Assembly: GCA_002269645.1 (NCBI GenBank)
Contig: NIVC01002180.1
Location: forward strand, 24,451-88,450
Length of the DNA: 64,000 bases
Reading direction: 5' to 3'
From: Macrostomum lignano
Taxonomy: Eukaryota
The notes under the pieces were generated by a model. That model saw only the letters and a list, made by a program, of their open reading frames with translations. It was not told the DNA's origin and did no database searches. Below, piece by piece: positions 1 to 13,305 of the stretch (position 1 is its first letter; each line of letters starts with the position of its first letter). Made by a program: the position numbers and the translations under genes.

Positions 1-437
1 ACCTTTACAAACACTAATAATGCTAGTATTAAGTACAACACGCGATAGCAATTTTAATAAAAGTAAATAATATCGAGATTCAAACACAGCAAAGTATAGG
101 CAATAAAAAACTGTATATGGAATGCAATCGAATTGAAGCTAAAACACGGGAGTTAATTTTCGTTGCTGAAACAATTATTAAAAAGTCAGAAGAGAAAATT
201 AGTTGACTGCACGATGGGTCGGGCAAGTTTCTGGATTGTGAACTTTAGCCACAGCTGTTCTGTTAAATTGAATCGATTTTTTGAAATTTAAAATGTTCAA
301 CAGAGAAAGCTGTGCAAGGAGTTGTGACTAAAAATAGGAAATTCCTGTCGTACAGAATCCGGCAACATTTGCAACACCCTTGGTATATAAAGTAGTAGTA
401 TAGTAGAAAGCAAGCAGGTCTTGGTGAAAACATACAT

Positions 438-594
438 GCGCAACCTTGGGAATCACTCGGCCGTTTCTATTTGCAACACACACATGTAAGTCGCTATTGG
501 CTTGAGAGCAGTCACGACTACTATTCCGTCCAATAGCGACTTACATGTGTGTGTGTTGCCAATAGAAACGGCCGGGTGAATCCCTAGGTTGCGC
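438..594. repeat. Long inverted repeat / foldback (arms 438-500 and 530-594, 29-nt loop), probably MITE-like
   Basis: The left arm GCGCAACCTTGGGAATCACTCGGCCGTTTCTATTTGCAACACACACATGTAAGTCGCTATTGG is the reverse complement of the right arm with 4 substitutions and one CA-unit indel. Confidence 0.85.
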
Positions 595-858
595 CAAGCA
601 TGGGTGAAATTCTGCGCATGCATGCATTGGAAGGCAAAGGCTTAGAAATGGCTCAGCAATGGCAATGAGTCTGATAGTAACTAGATTATGTGCCACTGAC
701 TAAGATTTAAAATTCGTTTCTCCCTCGTCTCTCCCTCATGGCATTTTAGTTAAGCTATATTGAGGCTTAGGTTTTATTTGGTTTTAGAACGGAAAAATGC
801 CGTTATATCATCTACGACACATACTACTAATTCAACAGGATATTATCTAGCCCAATGG

Positions 859-1157
859 AGGGGACGTAGCCTATGATCTAGCGCGACGCTCTGATGTGCC
901 AGCGGCCCAGGCTCGATTCCAAATACAGTCACATTAATTTGCAATCATTGCCCTCGAGGGCCAACCGCAGGGCACAGTAAAAAAAGTTAGGGCCGCTGCA
1001 CACTCCTGTGTGAGTGTGTGCCTGTGCGTATGACTGCGTACGTATCCGCGCGCTTGTGTGCCTGCTCAGGGGAGTCGGTGGAATGGGTGGGGGACAATGT
1101 CGCTTAAAGTGCGCCAGGGTGCACACAGCCACCAGCCTCGAATAAAAATAATAAAAT
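859..1157 (+). mobile_element. tRNA-derived SINE, copy 1 (internally deleted, A-rich tail)
   Basis: It has a degenerate A box TAGCCTATGAT and a B box GGCTCGATTCC. About 100 bp of the body is near-identical to 19667-19767, and it ends in AATAAAAATAATAAAA. Confidence 0.75.
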
Positions 1158-1260
1158 CTTACCCACTTTATTCTACTTATATATATTCTTTACTTGCTAC
1201 TGAATAGTAAATAGGATGCGAAGCTGGCAATTTTAAAGTATTTTTATCCTGACTAATATT

Positions 1261-3009
1261 TCAACTCGATTCGCCGGTCGCTTGACTCGATTCGGCCGAC
1301 TGTCCAGACGCCTGCAGCGACTGCAGCTCAAGCGCTAGGCGCTCCACCGCCGCCTCCAGATGGACATTTTTTAGCGCCATCTCTTCGGTCACATCGCGAA
1401 GATTTCGATTGGCGCCGCCTGTTGCTGGTAAGCATCGGTCAACCAGCACCGATTTCTGCGCCAGCTCGTCTGACATGGCCGAATTGGCCGCCTCAAGCAG
1501 CTGCACCCGCTCTCTGAGGTTGGCGTTGGCTTCGGTCAGCCGCTGCTGCTCCGAGGCCGCCTGTCGAAGCTGCTGCCGCTCGGATTTCAGCTCGTTTAGC
1601 TCCGACTTGAGTTCGGAAATTGAAATGCAGATAGGAAGGCGGTTAAGTTAGTGAGCTCAGACATTTTATTAGCACTAGAACTCATAACTTGCTGGCAACA
1701 ACAGTTAGCCAGTCTTTGAGGGCTGTGTACACAGTGCGGGAGTCGCAATGCAAACCCCAGAACCTGTATTTCTAATGCAGCTTAATTTGCTATTTGGTCG
1801 CGCTACAGGTGCTATTTAACCGCAATTGACTCTGCTTAACTTGCAGCGCCACTGACGGCAATGCGCTAGCCCAATAAATTGGCGACCTATTCTAAAAAAC
1901 AGATTCCCCCCTTTGGCGATGATCATAGCGAGCACTTTTGCTCTTTTCTGGTAAAAGCACACCATTCTGGACTGCTCAATGCACACTATTCTGGACTGCT
2001 CAATGCACACTATTCAGGACTGCTCAATGCACACTATTCAGGACTGCTCAATGCACACTATTCAGGACTGCTCAATGCACACTATTCAGGACTGTTCAAT
2101 GCACACTATTCTGGACTGCTCAATGCACACTATTCAGGACTGTTCAATGCACACCATTCTGGACTGCTCAATGCACACTATTCTGGACTGCTCAATGCAC
2201 ACTATTCAGGACTGTTCATTGTTCAATGCACACCATTCTGGACTGCTCAATGCACACTATTCTGGACTGCTCAATGCACACTATTCAGGACTGCTCAATG
2301 CACACTATTCTGGACTGCTCAATGCACACTATTCTGGACTGCTCAATGCACACTATTCTGGACTGCTCAAACAATGCACATCATTCTGGACTGCTCAATG
2401 CACACTATTCGGGACTGCTCAATGCACACTATTCGGGACTGCTCAATACACACCCTTCTGGACTGCTCAATCAATGCACGTCATTCTGGACTACTCAATG
2501 CACACTATTCGGGACTGCTCAATGCACACTATTCGGGACTGCTCAATACACACCACCGATCTGCCCACCTGTAGCGACTCGGCCCGCTGCTGCCAGAACT
2601 CCCTCTCGGAATCTTCGCCAGCCTGGGTACCGCCAGATCTGTAGGCCTCAAGCTGAGCTTGCAGTCTCTCGTTCTCAGTCAGCAGAGCATCAAATTCCGT
2701 CATTAAAGCGTCGTATTGATCGCGAAAATCATCCTCAGCATTGACGGCTCGACAGCGCAGGCGTTCATTGTCAGCTAGCAGGCTGTCCAGCTGGCCGGCC
2801 CGTTGGCTGCGCGCCAGTACGGCTGTAACGCGGCTCAGTTCGCGTTCCATCTCGCCAGCCCGCTGACGCTGATCGAATAGTTCACCGCTAGCTCTGGCCA
2901 GGGCGGCGCGAGTGTCGGCTAATTGGCGCCGGAGCTGGCTGACTGATGCGGCACTGGCGGTGGTATCCAAGCCAGAGGCTGGGGAGGCCGGACTGCCACT
3001 ACTGCCCAT
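1261..3009 (-). CDS. Uncharacterised coiled-coil protein; two coding exons (3009-2569, possibly starting near 3097; 1620-1261)
   Basis: Both exons are GC-rich and encode heptad-like E/L/Q/R-rich sequence (SQLRRQLADTRAALARASGELF...; ISELKSELNELKSERQQLRQ...). The donor CAG|GTGGGC at 2569/2568 is phase 0, and the 360-nt second exon is in frame to TGA. The expected acceptor reads TTTCA|ATT, with the G missing. The frame is also open for about 29 codons upstream of the ATG, back to a TAG. Confidence 0.7.
1957..2553. repeat. Minisatellite, 24-bp unit AATGCACACTATTCTGGACTGCTC, about 24 copies (intron of the coiled-coil gene)
   Basis: Direct tandem periodicity. Confidence 0.95.
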
Positions 3010-5744
3010 ATTGTAGTGCGACAGGACTGCGTCTGATGTCTGGGCAAGGAGTGGCCTCTGGCTGGCAATAGCGAGGGAGAATGCAGAGTCATGTAGCTAT
3101 TCAACTGAACCTTTGAACTGAAGACTTTTAGTGCCATTTTCAATAAGTACAGCCAGTACATGGTGATTCAGGCAATAGAGTTAAAAGCATGATGATAAAT
3201 TGATAATTGATTGCCAGATTAATTTTCATAGACTGAATAGTATCTAGTAGAGTGGCTTAACCCAAAGGCCTAGAACAAGTGATGAGATAGTTCTTAGCTG
3301 TTTTTAAAATGATTTCCTAAAATTCTATTTAATTATTACTATTAAACAAATAATAAGTTGCTAGTTTTTAATAAGCCTAGGCCAATATAAGGCTTATTTT
3401 TTAACATTTATAGTTATAATTACAACAAAAAACTTTTAATAGCATTTACAAAATTGCAATAGCATTTTTAAATTTATTTTATTATCATTTAAGTATCTGT
3501 AGTTATAAATTGATGAACATTAATTTTCTATCCCAAAACCAGTGGCTAATAAATAACAGCTTTGATCCAACTCTAGTCATAACTTTTACTCTTTGCTTAC
3601 TAGCCCTCACAAAGCTAAGCTAAGCTAAGCTCACAAAGCTAAGCCCAAGCTACAGCTTTGCAACAAATTGTATTAACTAAGAAAGATTTAATGAAAAATT
3701 GAAAAATTGTTTTAAGATCCCTTAATTAACTAATTTTAAAGTAACTTTGTTTAAATACAATATATTTAATCTTGATTTACATTATATTAATTATTATACT
3801 TTCACTATGCTTTTACTTAATGTATTAAAAATAATTAAATCTATCAAAAAATTGCTACTATTAAATACTGACATCAATGTAACTGACAAAATTTGAAATT
3901 ATATTTGACATATCTTTAAGATTGAGAAACATTATTTTAGGGCCAAAATATAAAAAAAACCTAGTTTAATTGTGCTAGAAAGTAGAAATTTTTTCTTTAG
4001 GTTATTTTTAGGTTTGTTTAAAGATGATAAAATAATAATTTAAAATATTATAATCAAAATAGCTAATAAAACTGGTAAGATTTCTTATTCTAGAAGAAAA
4101 TTTACTACAATTCTAGCTTATTATAGGAGTATTTTTATATTTTTATATTGTAGCTTATCTAGTCATAATGCTTTAAAACTTGTTAAATTAGTAGCTAATC
4201 ATATAGTTAAAACTTTTTTTTAGAATAAAAAACTATCTTTTTAAAAATGATATGTCAAAGGACTTGAAAATTAATATTAGCCTATATTAGTTAGTCTATA
4301 TAGGCCTATGCTATAGTTTAGAAGGTGACAATGCTAGGATTACCCAGCATATAACAATTGTCTTACTATTTTTCAGCATATATCAAGATATATCCTGGCA
4401 TACATAACAGAGTAGATACATTATGTCAAATTACATTCTTTATATTGGTGCACAAACCCAATGTACAAATAAAGTCTCATTATTTTTTAGCATTAAAGCT
4501 AGCGTACACTAGTATATAATATAATCCAAACTATGGGGCCTATGTTATTGTTTGGCTAAAAATCTAAGTAGCTAAAATGGCTATAAAAAAGAAAAAGTCA
4601 AAAGAATCTTTCAAATAAGATAAAATATATTGCCAAAGCCCAACAAAGGGTTTGCCAAATAAAAGAGAATAAAGGAGATAATTAAAAAGGGTATAAGCCT
4701 AGGCATCTTGAATTTCAACATTACAAAAAAAATTATTTAATATAATTATTACCTATTTTGCCCTATCTACTTTTATATCCATTATCTAGCTAGAATAGAA
4801 GTATATAACAAAATGATAAAAATTGCTAAATTGTAAGTATAAAAAAGTAAAAATATAATATTAGTACTACTAGTACTAGTAGTATAATATTGCTAAAATT
4901 ACAATTCCAATATCTGCTTCAGTGTTTAATAGGCCTAGCCCATATCCATAAATTATTAAAAAAATAATATGTAGGCCTTATTATGAGGACATTCATGATT
5001 CATTGGCCTAGCTAGATCTTAACCTAGGCCTAATTAAAACAAATATAGCTATTTAATATTTTAAATTACATTTAGAATAAAAAACAACATTTTCAACTAT
5101 TTTATTTATATCTCAAGACAAAGAAAACAAATTTTATACAAAAAATAGGCAAAATTTAGTTTTAATTTGACATAAAAATATTTTGACATAATTTGACATG
5201 AAAAAGAAAATATCATAAAATATCCTCTTGAATTAGTTAGACCTTAGCAGTGTAGTGGTTGTTCACAAATAATGCATAATTGAACAGTTAAATGGTTAAT
5301 TTAAAACTAGGCTAATGAATGCTTAAGCTTAACTGAGGTTAGACTTAGACAGTGTTAAAATAGCATTACAGCCTACGGGCTATGGCCTACTACACTAGCC
5401 CCCCAGGCAATAACAAGGCATGAAAAGCAAATATTTACAACCAGTCACAGCATTGCATAAGCGCAATGCCAAACATTTTAAATTTGGATAGAGTTAAGCC
5501 AGGCTAAGGTTCCAGAGCCGAAAATTGTGTAAAGCTACCGCGAAAATGCATATGCTTCGTTTAAAACGACTCGGGACTCAAACGAGCCTTTAATAAGACT
5601 TCTAGCGACTCTTTGTTCCTTACTTCTTACTAAAATTACGCTGACAAGTGATCTAGTGCCTTAGGGAATATTTTTTCAAGAAACTATTTTATTCAGGGAC
5701 CAGACCCTGACCCTGTGCCATATGTTTAAGAAGCCGTAATTTTA

Positions 5745-6179
5745 GGTCACCGGTCAGATCGTCATTCCATTTTCCATTTCGTCATATCCGATGACGAAGT
5801 GACCAGAAGCAAAGTAGCTTGAAAAAATAATATGACGAAGTGACCAAATATTTAGCTATGCTGGATACTTCGTCATTAATCAATCAATCTGTGTGGGACT
5901 TAAGTTAGTGTAAACTATTTTTTGTTTAATAACTATAAGCTGCGGCAAGCAGAACCGATCGATCGACAGGTTTTATCGATCGAGATGACAAAATGACTAG
6001 GATTAGGATTCCAAGTAAATATGTTTGATAGCCACATTAATTCACTTGAAGTTGGAACTAATATGATTCGTGGATGACGAAATGACTCTCTTCAGGTAGT
6101 GCATGCTAATTAAGATGACGAAGTGACCATCGTCGAGGTGAGCACCCCAGACACCCAGATGACGAAATGACTAGGAACC
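5745..6179. mobile_element. 435-bp non-autonomous TIR element (MITE) with a perfect 8-bp TSD
   Basis: TAATTTTA flanks both sides (5737-5744 and 6180-6187). The termini are GG...CC with imperfect TIRs (GGTCACCGGTCAGATCGTCAT versus rc GGTTCCTAGTCATTTCGTCAT). There are about 9 internal copies of GATGACGAARTGAC in both orientations. Confidence 0.75.
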
Positions 6180-6896
6180 TAATTTTAAATGTGATTTTCT
6201 TAGAAACAAGACGAAGGACATGCATGCTATTACTATTCTTTTCCGTCATCAATCAATCTCGTGTATAATCCAGGAGGCAATTTCAAGTACTGATATTTTA
6301 TGTATAGATTGCGTTGAAAAGGCCTGCTTTAAATTCGGTTAACGTTCCCAACAGTTTCTATTCACATTTCATTGCTGTTAGGGTCTTAATATTTAGTACT
6401 ACTGTACTAGTCCTGAACCGAGTTTTGGCTGTTTGTGCTACTAGCAGCTACTATACCAGGCCTTAATAGATTAAGAACTGATAATTAGGCCCCCTAGTGA
6501 CTAGTCGTTAAACTAGCCACTATTAAATATTAATAGTAGACCTACTACTACTTACAAGTTCCTTAAATACTAGTATTAGAATTATTTAAACTCTAATTTA
6601 ATTTAATAAAACCAATAGGCCCTAGTAGGCTTAGTAGCCAATAGCCCAAGTTATAGACTTACTACTTAGACTTACTACTGCTTTTTAGATTAGGGGGCCT
6701 AATTGCTTTGTTACTTTATTTACATTATTAATAATTATATATAAACTATATATTCCTAAAATAGGATGTCATATTTTAAAGGTAAGTTTTTCACATTTCA
6801 TTTTATATTATATATATTTTAAAACTAAGAAAAAGTATATATGCTACTTATATTACATGTTTAGCTATCCTATCTTATCTAAGTCTATCATATATA

Positions 6897-8633
6897 GGAA
6901 CTAGTTAATTCGGCGACAGGTTGACTTGGTGACAACCAATTTGGCAATAGTCAGTTTGGCAACATATGAGGAGGCAGTTAAAACAGGGCAGTAATTTGTC
7001 ATCCATTGCATTGAGTTTGTATATTTACTTAAATTCCAAAATAAAACAAAATGGTACACTTTATATACCAACATATATAGCTTTTCCCAATATAAGTCAC
7101 ACTTGCTAATAGTAAAACAAAATGTAAGACACTAAGAACGATTGTTGAAGAGACTAAAAATTAAGAATCCTAGTTGAATTGTATTTTATACTCCATACTT
7201 GGATCATGTAGTATATGCCCAAAATTTGGTTGTGCATTGGTATTGCATGCCAAAATTAGGTGTTCACAGTTGGTGGGCATTACTCCTGAGAAAATAGTAT
7301 GCGTGCACACCTGGGGTGCAATTTATAGAATCACATATAAAAGTTATTGTGAAGTAGAAAAAAGATGAAAAAAAGTTTATTTTTAAGCGCAAATTTCAAG
7401 CTTTCCAGTTTTTCAAGCTTGTAAAAGAGCATTTAAACAAATCTTTGTATGTATAAATTTTCTGCTATAAATAGTATCGCCAAAGAAGCGTAAAAAGCAA
7501 CCAAATTATCTGGTAATAAGGGTATATTGCACAATTAAAAAAAGGTCATTTGTTGTCACAATGTAAAAAAGGTCATTTATTTTCTCAACACCAGTGTATT
7601 TTTGAGAATGGGATGTGCACTATATTTTTTTGGCATGCATTTGTATTTATTCAAATTTTTGTTTAGGTATGCACTTAGCATGATCCGGACTATAGTTTAT
7701 ATTGAGTCTTTTACACTTTGCACTTTTTGCTGCAAAAGTATAGGATATGCTATATACATTACATCATATGTACATGTATACATGCATAATGAACTGTGTT
7801 CCACTCAAAGGCTCATTCACAGTGCAGCTATCAAATAAAGCTATAAAGTCATATGACTGCTATACAAAGCATAATGAATAAGGGAATATAATGTTGAGTT
7901 AGCTTTATAAAATATACTGTAAATATACAAAGTGAATATAAAAATTAAAATTGTATAGTGATACATATTAGCTCAATGCACGCAGAATGGTAAAGTAGAA
8001 ATTGAAGTTGCATTCAGTTAATTTTTCAATGCTCAATTTTAATTGTGACAATTTAGACCACTGCATTGTGTGCAAGAAGAGTCACTAATGATGCGACACT
8101 GCCGCCATTTACTGTGATGTATGCCACAAGCAACATATAAAATGTAATTCCAGTAAGTATTTGTACATGTACCAATCAAATACCAAAGTTTGGTGCTAAT
8201 AGAATTCATAAAATACAATTAACATATGGTATACATAATGTACAGTGATATAAGTGTGTAAATTCAATTCTGTATGTAGGCATCTCCAAAAATGGTATAC
8301 CCATCTTAAGTCTGTTGCTTCATTTCACTGGAAGTGCAAGCAGTGCAATCAACAAATACAAGTAGCAAAGAGAAGTAGAAAAATGTACATACTCTAAGTC
8401 CAAGACTCCAAGGGGGTGTACATGCACCTCTTTGAAAATGTGTTATTCGGAATGATTAAAACAAAATTACCTTACCTGAATGGCAAGGACTATAATGGAA
8501 ATATTTTAAATTTTAACAAGTGTCATATATAGCTTTCTTAACCTTTAGCATTTGCCAAATTAGCTGTTGCCAAACTGACTTGTCACTGAATTGGTTGTTG
8601 CCAAATTAGCTTGTTGCCAATAAACTAGAAGCC
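6897..8633. mobile_element. About 1.74-kb non-autonomous TIR element (MULE/Merlin-like)
   Basis: It has about 65-bp imperfect TIRs built from TTGGCAAC-type subrepeats (6897-6963 versus 8565-8633) and GG...CC ends. The candidate 9-bp TSD is TCATATATA/TCATATACT (7/9). No transposase ORF was seen. Confidence 0.65.
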
Positions 8634-9608
8634 TCATATACTAGGCCTATAAAGTTATCTTAGGCTATAAAGCTCCTTTAAAGTTTCTCTACATCTAGAT
8701 CTAGGCCTAAAGTGTTTCTATAGACTACTATTTTCCTATTCTTTTGCCCTACTATACTACTATAGTAACTATAGCCTTAATAGGGGTCTATTTGAAGTAT
8801 AACAATGGGCTAATTCTAATTGCAAAAAATATATTTTCCAATAGGGTTTTCTAAATCTCTTTGAAATCTAATTTCTTTTAAGAATTTTCTTTAATAGTAT
8901 AGTAAGTCAAAAATCTTTATAATTCCCTAGGAAACTTTTTGCTACTGTTCAAAACCATTTGTAGATTATTCCTTATAATTTTTTATTAAATGTATTTGGT
9001 ATAGCAATAAGTATTTTATTTTATTCTAAAAGTATATATATACATGTAAGCTAAATATAATAAACTTGATATATGATATTGCAATTGTACTTGTATCTTA
9101 GCTTTAAGCCCTTTAGGTTATCCTTAATTATTATTTTTCAATATTCTTCATTTTTTTATTGCTTTGAAAGCTTACATTTATTTGATTAGCTCAAAATATA
9201 AAAACAACTTTGCTCTTTTCTGCTTAAAATAACTATAGTGGCCCTATTATAAAAAATATAGAAAAGTTACCTGGTTTTAATATTTTAATTGAATTCTAAG
9301 CACTAAATATTCTAATTCTTTAATGTTATCAATGCTAAGAGGTAGAATCCTAATATAAATGTAACTTGTTTCTTGAAAGAATTTTGTATGAAATTGTATT
9401 GTATAGGCCTCTTAAGATATGTATAGTAGATCATAAGCAAATTATGTTAAAGCTACTAAAAATATCCATATAAAATAATATACTGATCCTACTTAATCCC
9501 AAAAAATAATCTTGCCTCTAAAAACCTACAAGGCAACCAACTTATGATTATTGACTAAATACAATATTGACTTAATATTCTGATCCCTCTAACCCATCAC
9601 TACTAGGC

Positions 9609-11518
9609 ATGTTCATCATGTCTGACGATGACTACAGCCAGACCTACTGGCCCAAGCTGTCCCAGCTGATTGACCTGCTGTTCACCCAATCTGAGGAGGC
9701 TGAGCGCAGCGCCATCAGCTACGAAGAGATGTACTCTTGCGTCTACAAATGCGTCTGCTCGGCGCGCGGACCCCAGCTAAAAGAGGACCTGATGTCCGCT
9801 GTGCAGGCTCACGTGTGCGCCATGGGCCAGCGAGCTCTGGAGAAGGTGAATCCCATGCGCTTTCGCACTACTGATATTTGAATGTTAATTAGTAGTATGC
9901 GATAGGATTTCTTCTGCCGAAAATATTAAGTATTTTCTACTTAATCGATCCGTTTCCTGTCTGAAATATCTGCCTTAGGGTCGCCCCTTTGGGCCTTAAT
10001 GCCTCATCTGTCTCAAAAAGTACAACATTGGTATTATTATTTGTGTTATAATTGCACATTGCAGCAACACTCGCCAAAGGACTACATTGAAGTCTGTCTG
10101 CGCGCGTTTCTCACATTCAATCAGGCTGCATCGACACTGTTCGCCGTATTCCAATACATGAATAGGGTTATGCTAGCTACTAGCGGAGAGGACTCTCTAA
10201 TGGCCATGTTTAAATCTATCTTTGTTCATCAGTTTGTTTCGCCGCATTTGCATAAGCTAATTGGTGAGATTTCTGTTCGAGTAACTGCTTGAGGGTCTGG
10301 AGAAGGGGAAAGGGGATTCACTGAAACCATCTGTTTGGGTGAATAAGTATCTGAAGACAGTTGTTTAACCGGGGCATCTGATGGTGATACGGATACGGTC
10401 GTAACAGGATCTGTAGGAGAGGCTATCAGTCCCACCTGAGGATCTAGAAGAGATGGCTTCGGTTTAATCTTAGGATCTAGAAGGGATGATAGCAATCCCA
10501 CCTGAGGATCCGGAAGGGATATTAGCAATCCCACCTGAGGATCCGGAAGGGATATTAGCAATCCCACCTGAGGATCCGGAAGGGATATTAGCAATCCCAC
10601 CTGAGGATCCAGAAGGGATATTAGCAATCCCACCTGAGGATCCGGAAGGGATATTAGCAATCCCAACTGAGGATCCAGAAGGGATATTAGCAGTCCCACC
10701 TGTGGATCCAGAAGTGATATTAGAAACCCTACCTGAGGATCTAGAAGTGATATTAGAAACCCTACCTGAGGATCCAGAAGGGATATTAGCAATCCCAACT
10801 GAGGATCCAGAAGGGATATTAGCAATCCCACCTGAGGATCCAGAAGGTATATTAGCAATCCCACCTGAGGATCCAGAAGGGATATTAGCAATCCCAACTA
10901 AGGATCCAGAAGGGATATTAGCAATCCCACCTGTGGATCCAGAAGGGATATTAGCAATCCCACCTGAGGACCCAGAAGGGATATTAGCAATCCCACCTTA
11001 GGATCCATAAGGGATATTAACGGTCCCACACGTGAGGACCCAGTAGGGATATTAACGGTCCCATCTGAGGATCTGGAGGAGACTTTTATTGGCACCCTCG
11101 TATACCCACTCCAGGCCACCTAACAGAGGCTGTCCAGAAGCCGTTCCTGGTCCACCCCGACCGGCTTCGCGCCTGCGTCCAGCAGCTGCACTCGGCCTGT
11201 CCGGAATGCGCCTCGGCCAGTCCACAGCTGTTCGCCAGATTCGTGCCCGGCGTGCTGCCGCCAGCCGAGCTGGAGTCGCTACCAGCCTACGCCGCCGAGG
11301 AGAGCCAGCTGCAGCGGGACCTGCGCCGGCACCCGGGGTTCATTGTCGGCGATCGGGGCAGGAAGCGGCAGGGCTCGCCTGGCGGCCTGGACAATGTCGG
11401 CAACACCGAGGACGACGACAGTATCGGCGGCCCGACGCCGCGTGTCCAACAGCGACTCGTGCAAGCCGTTGAAGATATCGAAGCCCTTGAGGACGGCTTC
11501 CAGCAGCCCATGGTTTGA
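9609..11518 (+). CDS. CACUL1: CDK2-associated and cullin domain-containing protein 1 homologue; exons 9609-9845, 10065-10263, 11115-11518
   Basis: The spliced product DDYSQTYWPKLSQLIDLL..ISYEEMYSCVYKCVC..FQYMNR..PFLVHP..LFARFVPGVLPPAELESLPAYAAEESQLQRDL..GF..GDRGRKR matches the remembered CACUL1 motifs (TYWPKL, SYEQIYSCVYKCVC, FIPNILPP, GFTRGDQSRKR). GT-AG junctions are phase-compatible (0, then 1). An upstream exon is possible because an AG lies 2 nt before the ATG. Confidence 0.9.
10430..11076. repeat. Minisatellite, 33-bp unit GGGATATTAGCAATCCCACCTGAGGATCCAGAA, about 18 copies (CACUL1 intron 2)
   Basis: Direct tandem periodicity. Confidence 0.95.
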
Positions 11519-12580
11519 TTTTGGGCTTATGTGCTTTTATATATAGTCTAAGATTACACAGTCAGTATGATGTTTAGGCTCTCTTGTATTTATAAAATAT
11601 TTTGTTTCCTAAAAATATCCGATGCTGAGACTTTTTAATTTTTACTTCTTGAGCTTGCTTCACCCTGCACACCTGTTTCCTGTGGTTTAACGCCTGCTTA
11701 AGTAGCTCAATAGCTAGTCTTTTACAAAAAGGTCCTTGTCAAACTTTGAAATCTTACTCAAAATCTCCCTAATCCCAAATCTTCCCAATCCTTGAACTTC
11801 TCAGTCTCAGTCTTAGCCAAATATAATGTTTGAAAATATTTTATTTAGGCGTTACAATCCTACAATACAACCTTCCAATCCCACTGTGAACTCTAACTTC
11901 ACCGGCATAATCGAACGTTGATAGGAAACCTTTAACTTGGCTGGCTATTTTTTCCTGTAAATTCATATATATGTAGTGTTTAGGCTAATGGGAAATTTTC
12001 CGTTAAATTTCCAGGCAAAGCCTTTAATTAATTATCCACATTTATGCATGCAAATTGTACATAGCTATCTCAACCAAACCAGCTAGAGCCCGCTTGAGAA
12101 ATTTAGTTCAGAAATTATTTGCTTTTTTTGTAAAAAAATTGTTTGCTACAACTTACAATAAGTTGTTCTTTCTCTCAATGTGCTCATTCTGAAAACATTT
12201 TCTCTGCTGTGCTACTTAAAGTAGCCGCATTCGGTCTTGTCCATGTCGATCCATTATTTATTATTATAAGAACACACTTGCACTTCTTGGCACGATTGGG
12301 CGCAACAAGTATCAGTGGAATGTCTTCATTTTTGCGCCCGATTGTCTTGGAAACCGAACGTGTTATTTTTTCTAAATTTGTGTTTTGCCTTTTCTTTTCT
12401 CCTGCTGCTGTTGTGCTGTATCGATAAGCTGATAATATAATATTTATTTTGTTGGTACTTACTGGCCAACAGTTCAACAAACTGACGAAAATCATTTAGT
12501 TAAATAGTGAGCTTTTTTTACCTTTGCACGAGAGTGCGAGACTAATAATTCTAGAGGCAGGCAAAAATTGGGGGAGCGAA

Positions 12581-13305
12581 GGAGCGTGGATTCACCAGGA
12601 GAGACAGCAGAGGCGTGGATTCACTAGAAGAGACAGCAGAGGCGTGGATTCACCAGGAGAGAAGCAGAGGCGTGGATTCACCAGGAGAGACAGTGAAGAG
12701 ACGTGGATTCACCAGGAGAGACAGCAGAGGCGTGGATTCACTAGGAGAGACGTGGATTCACCAGGAGAGACAGCAGAGAGGCGTGGATTCACCAGGAGAG
12801 ACAGTGAAGAGACGTGGATTCATCAGGAGAGACAGCAGAGAGGCGTGGATTCACCAGGAGAGACAGTGAAGAGACGTGGATTCATCAGGAGAGACAGCAG
12901 AGAGGCGTGGATTCGCCAGGAGAGACAGTGAAGAGACGTGGATTCATCAGGAGAGACAGCAGAGAGGCGTGGATTCACCAGGAGAGACAGTGAAGAGACG
13001 TGGATTCATCAGAAGAGACAGCAGAGAGGCGTGGATTCACCAGGAGAGACAGTGAAGAGACGTGGATTCATCAGGAGAGACAGCAGAGAGGCGTGGATTC
13101 ACCAGGAGAGAGTGGAGAGACGTGGATTCATCAGGAGAGACAGTGAAGAGACGTGGATTCATCAGAAGAGACAGCAGAGAGGCGTGGATTCACCAGGAGA
13201 GACAGTGAAGAGACGTGGATTCATCAGGAGAGACAGCAGAGAGGCGTGGATTCACCAAGAGAGAGTGGAGAGACGTGGATTCATCAGGAGAGACAGCAGA
13301 GAGGC
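12581..13305. repeat. Minisatellite, about 28-30-bp units with core CGTGGATTCAYCAGGAGAGACAG, about 24 copies, upstream of engrailed
   Basis: Direct tandem periodicity with two alternating unit variants. Confidence 0.95.

Noticed and set aside
3150-9600. Hidden genes in the AT-rich region, including the ORFs at 7174 and 7602
   Set aside because: The ORFs are short and AT-rich with no motifs, and they lie inside a TIR element. A consensus donor AG|GTAAGT at 6781 may mark a non-coding CACUL1 exon but cannot be supported further.
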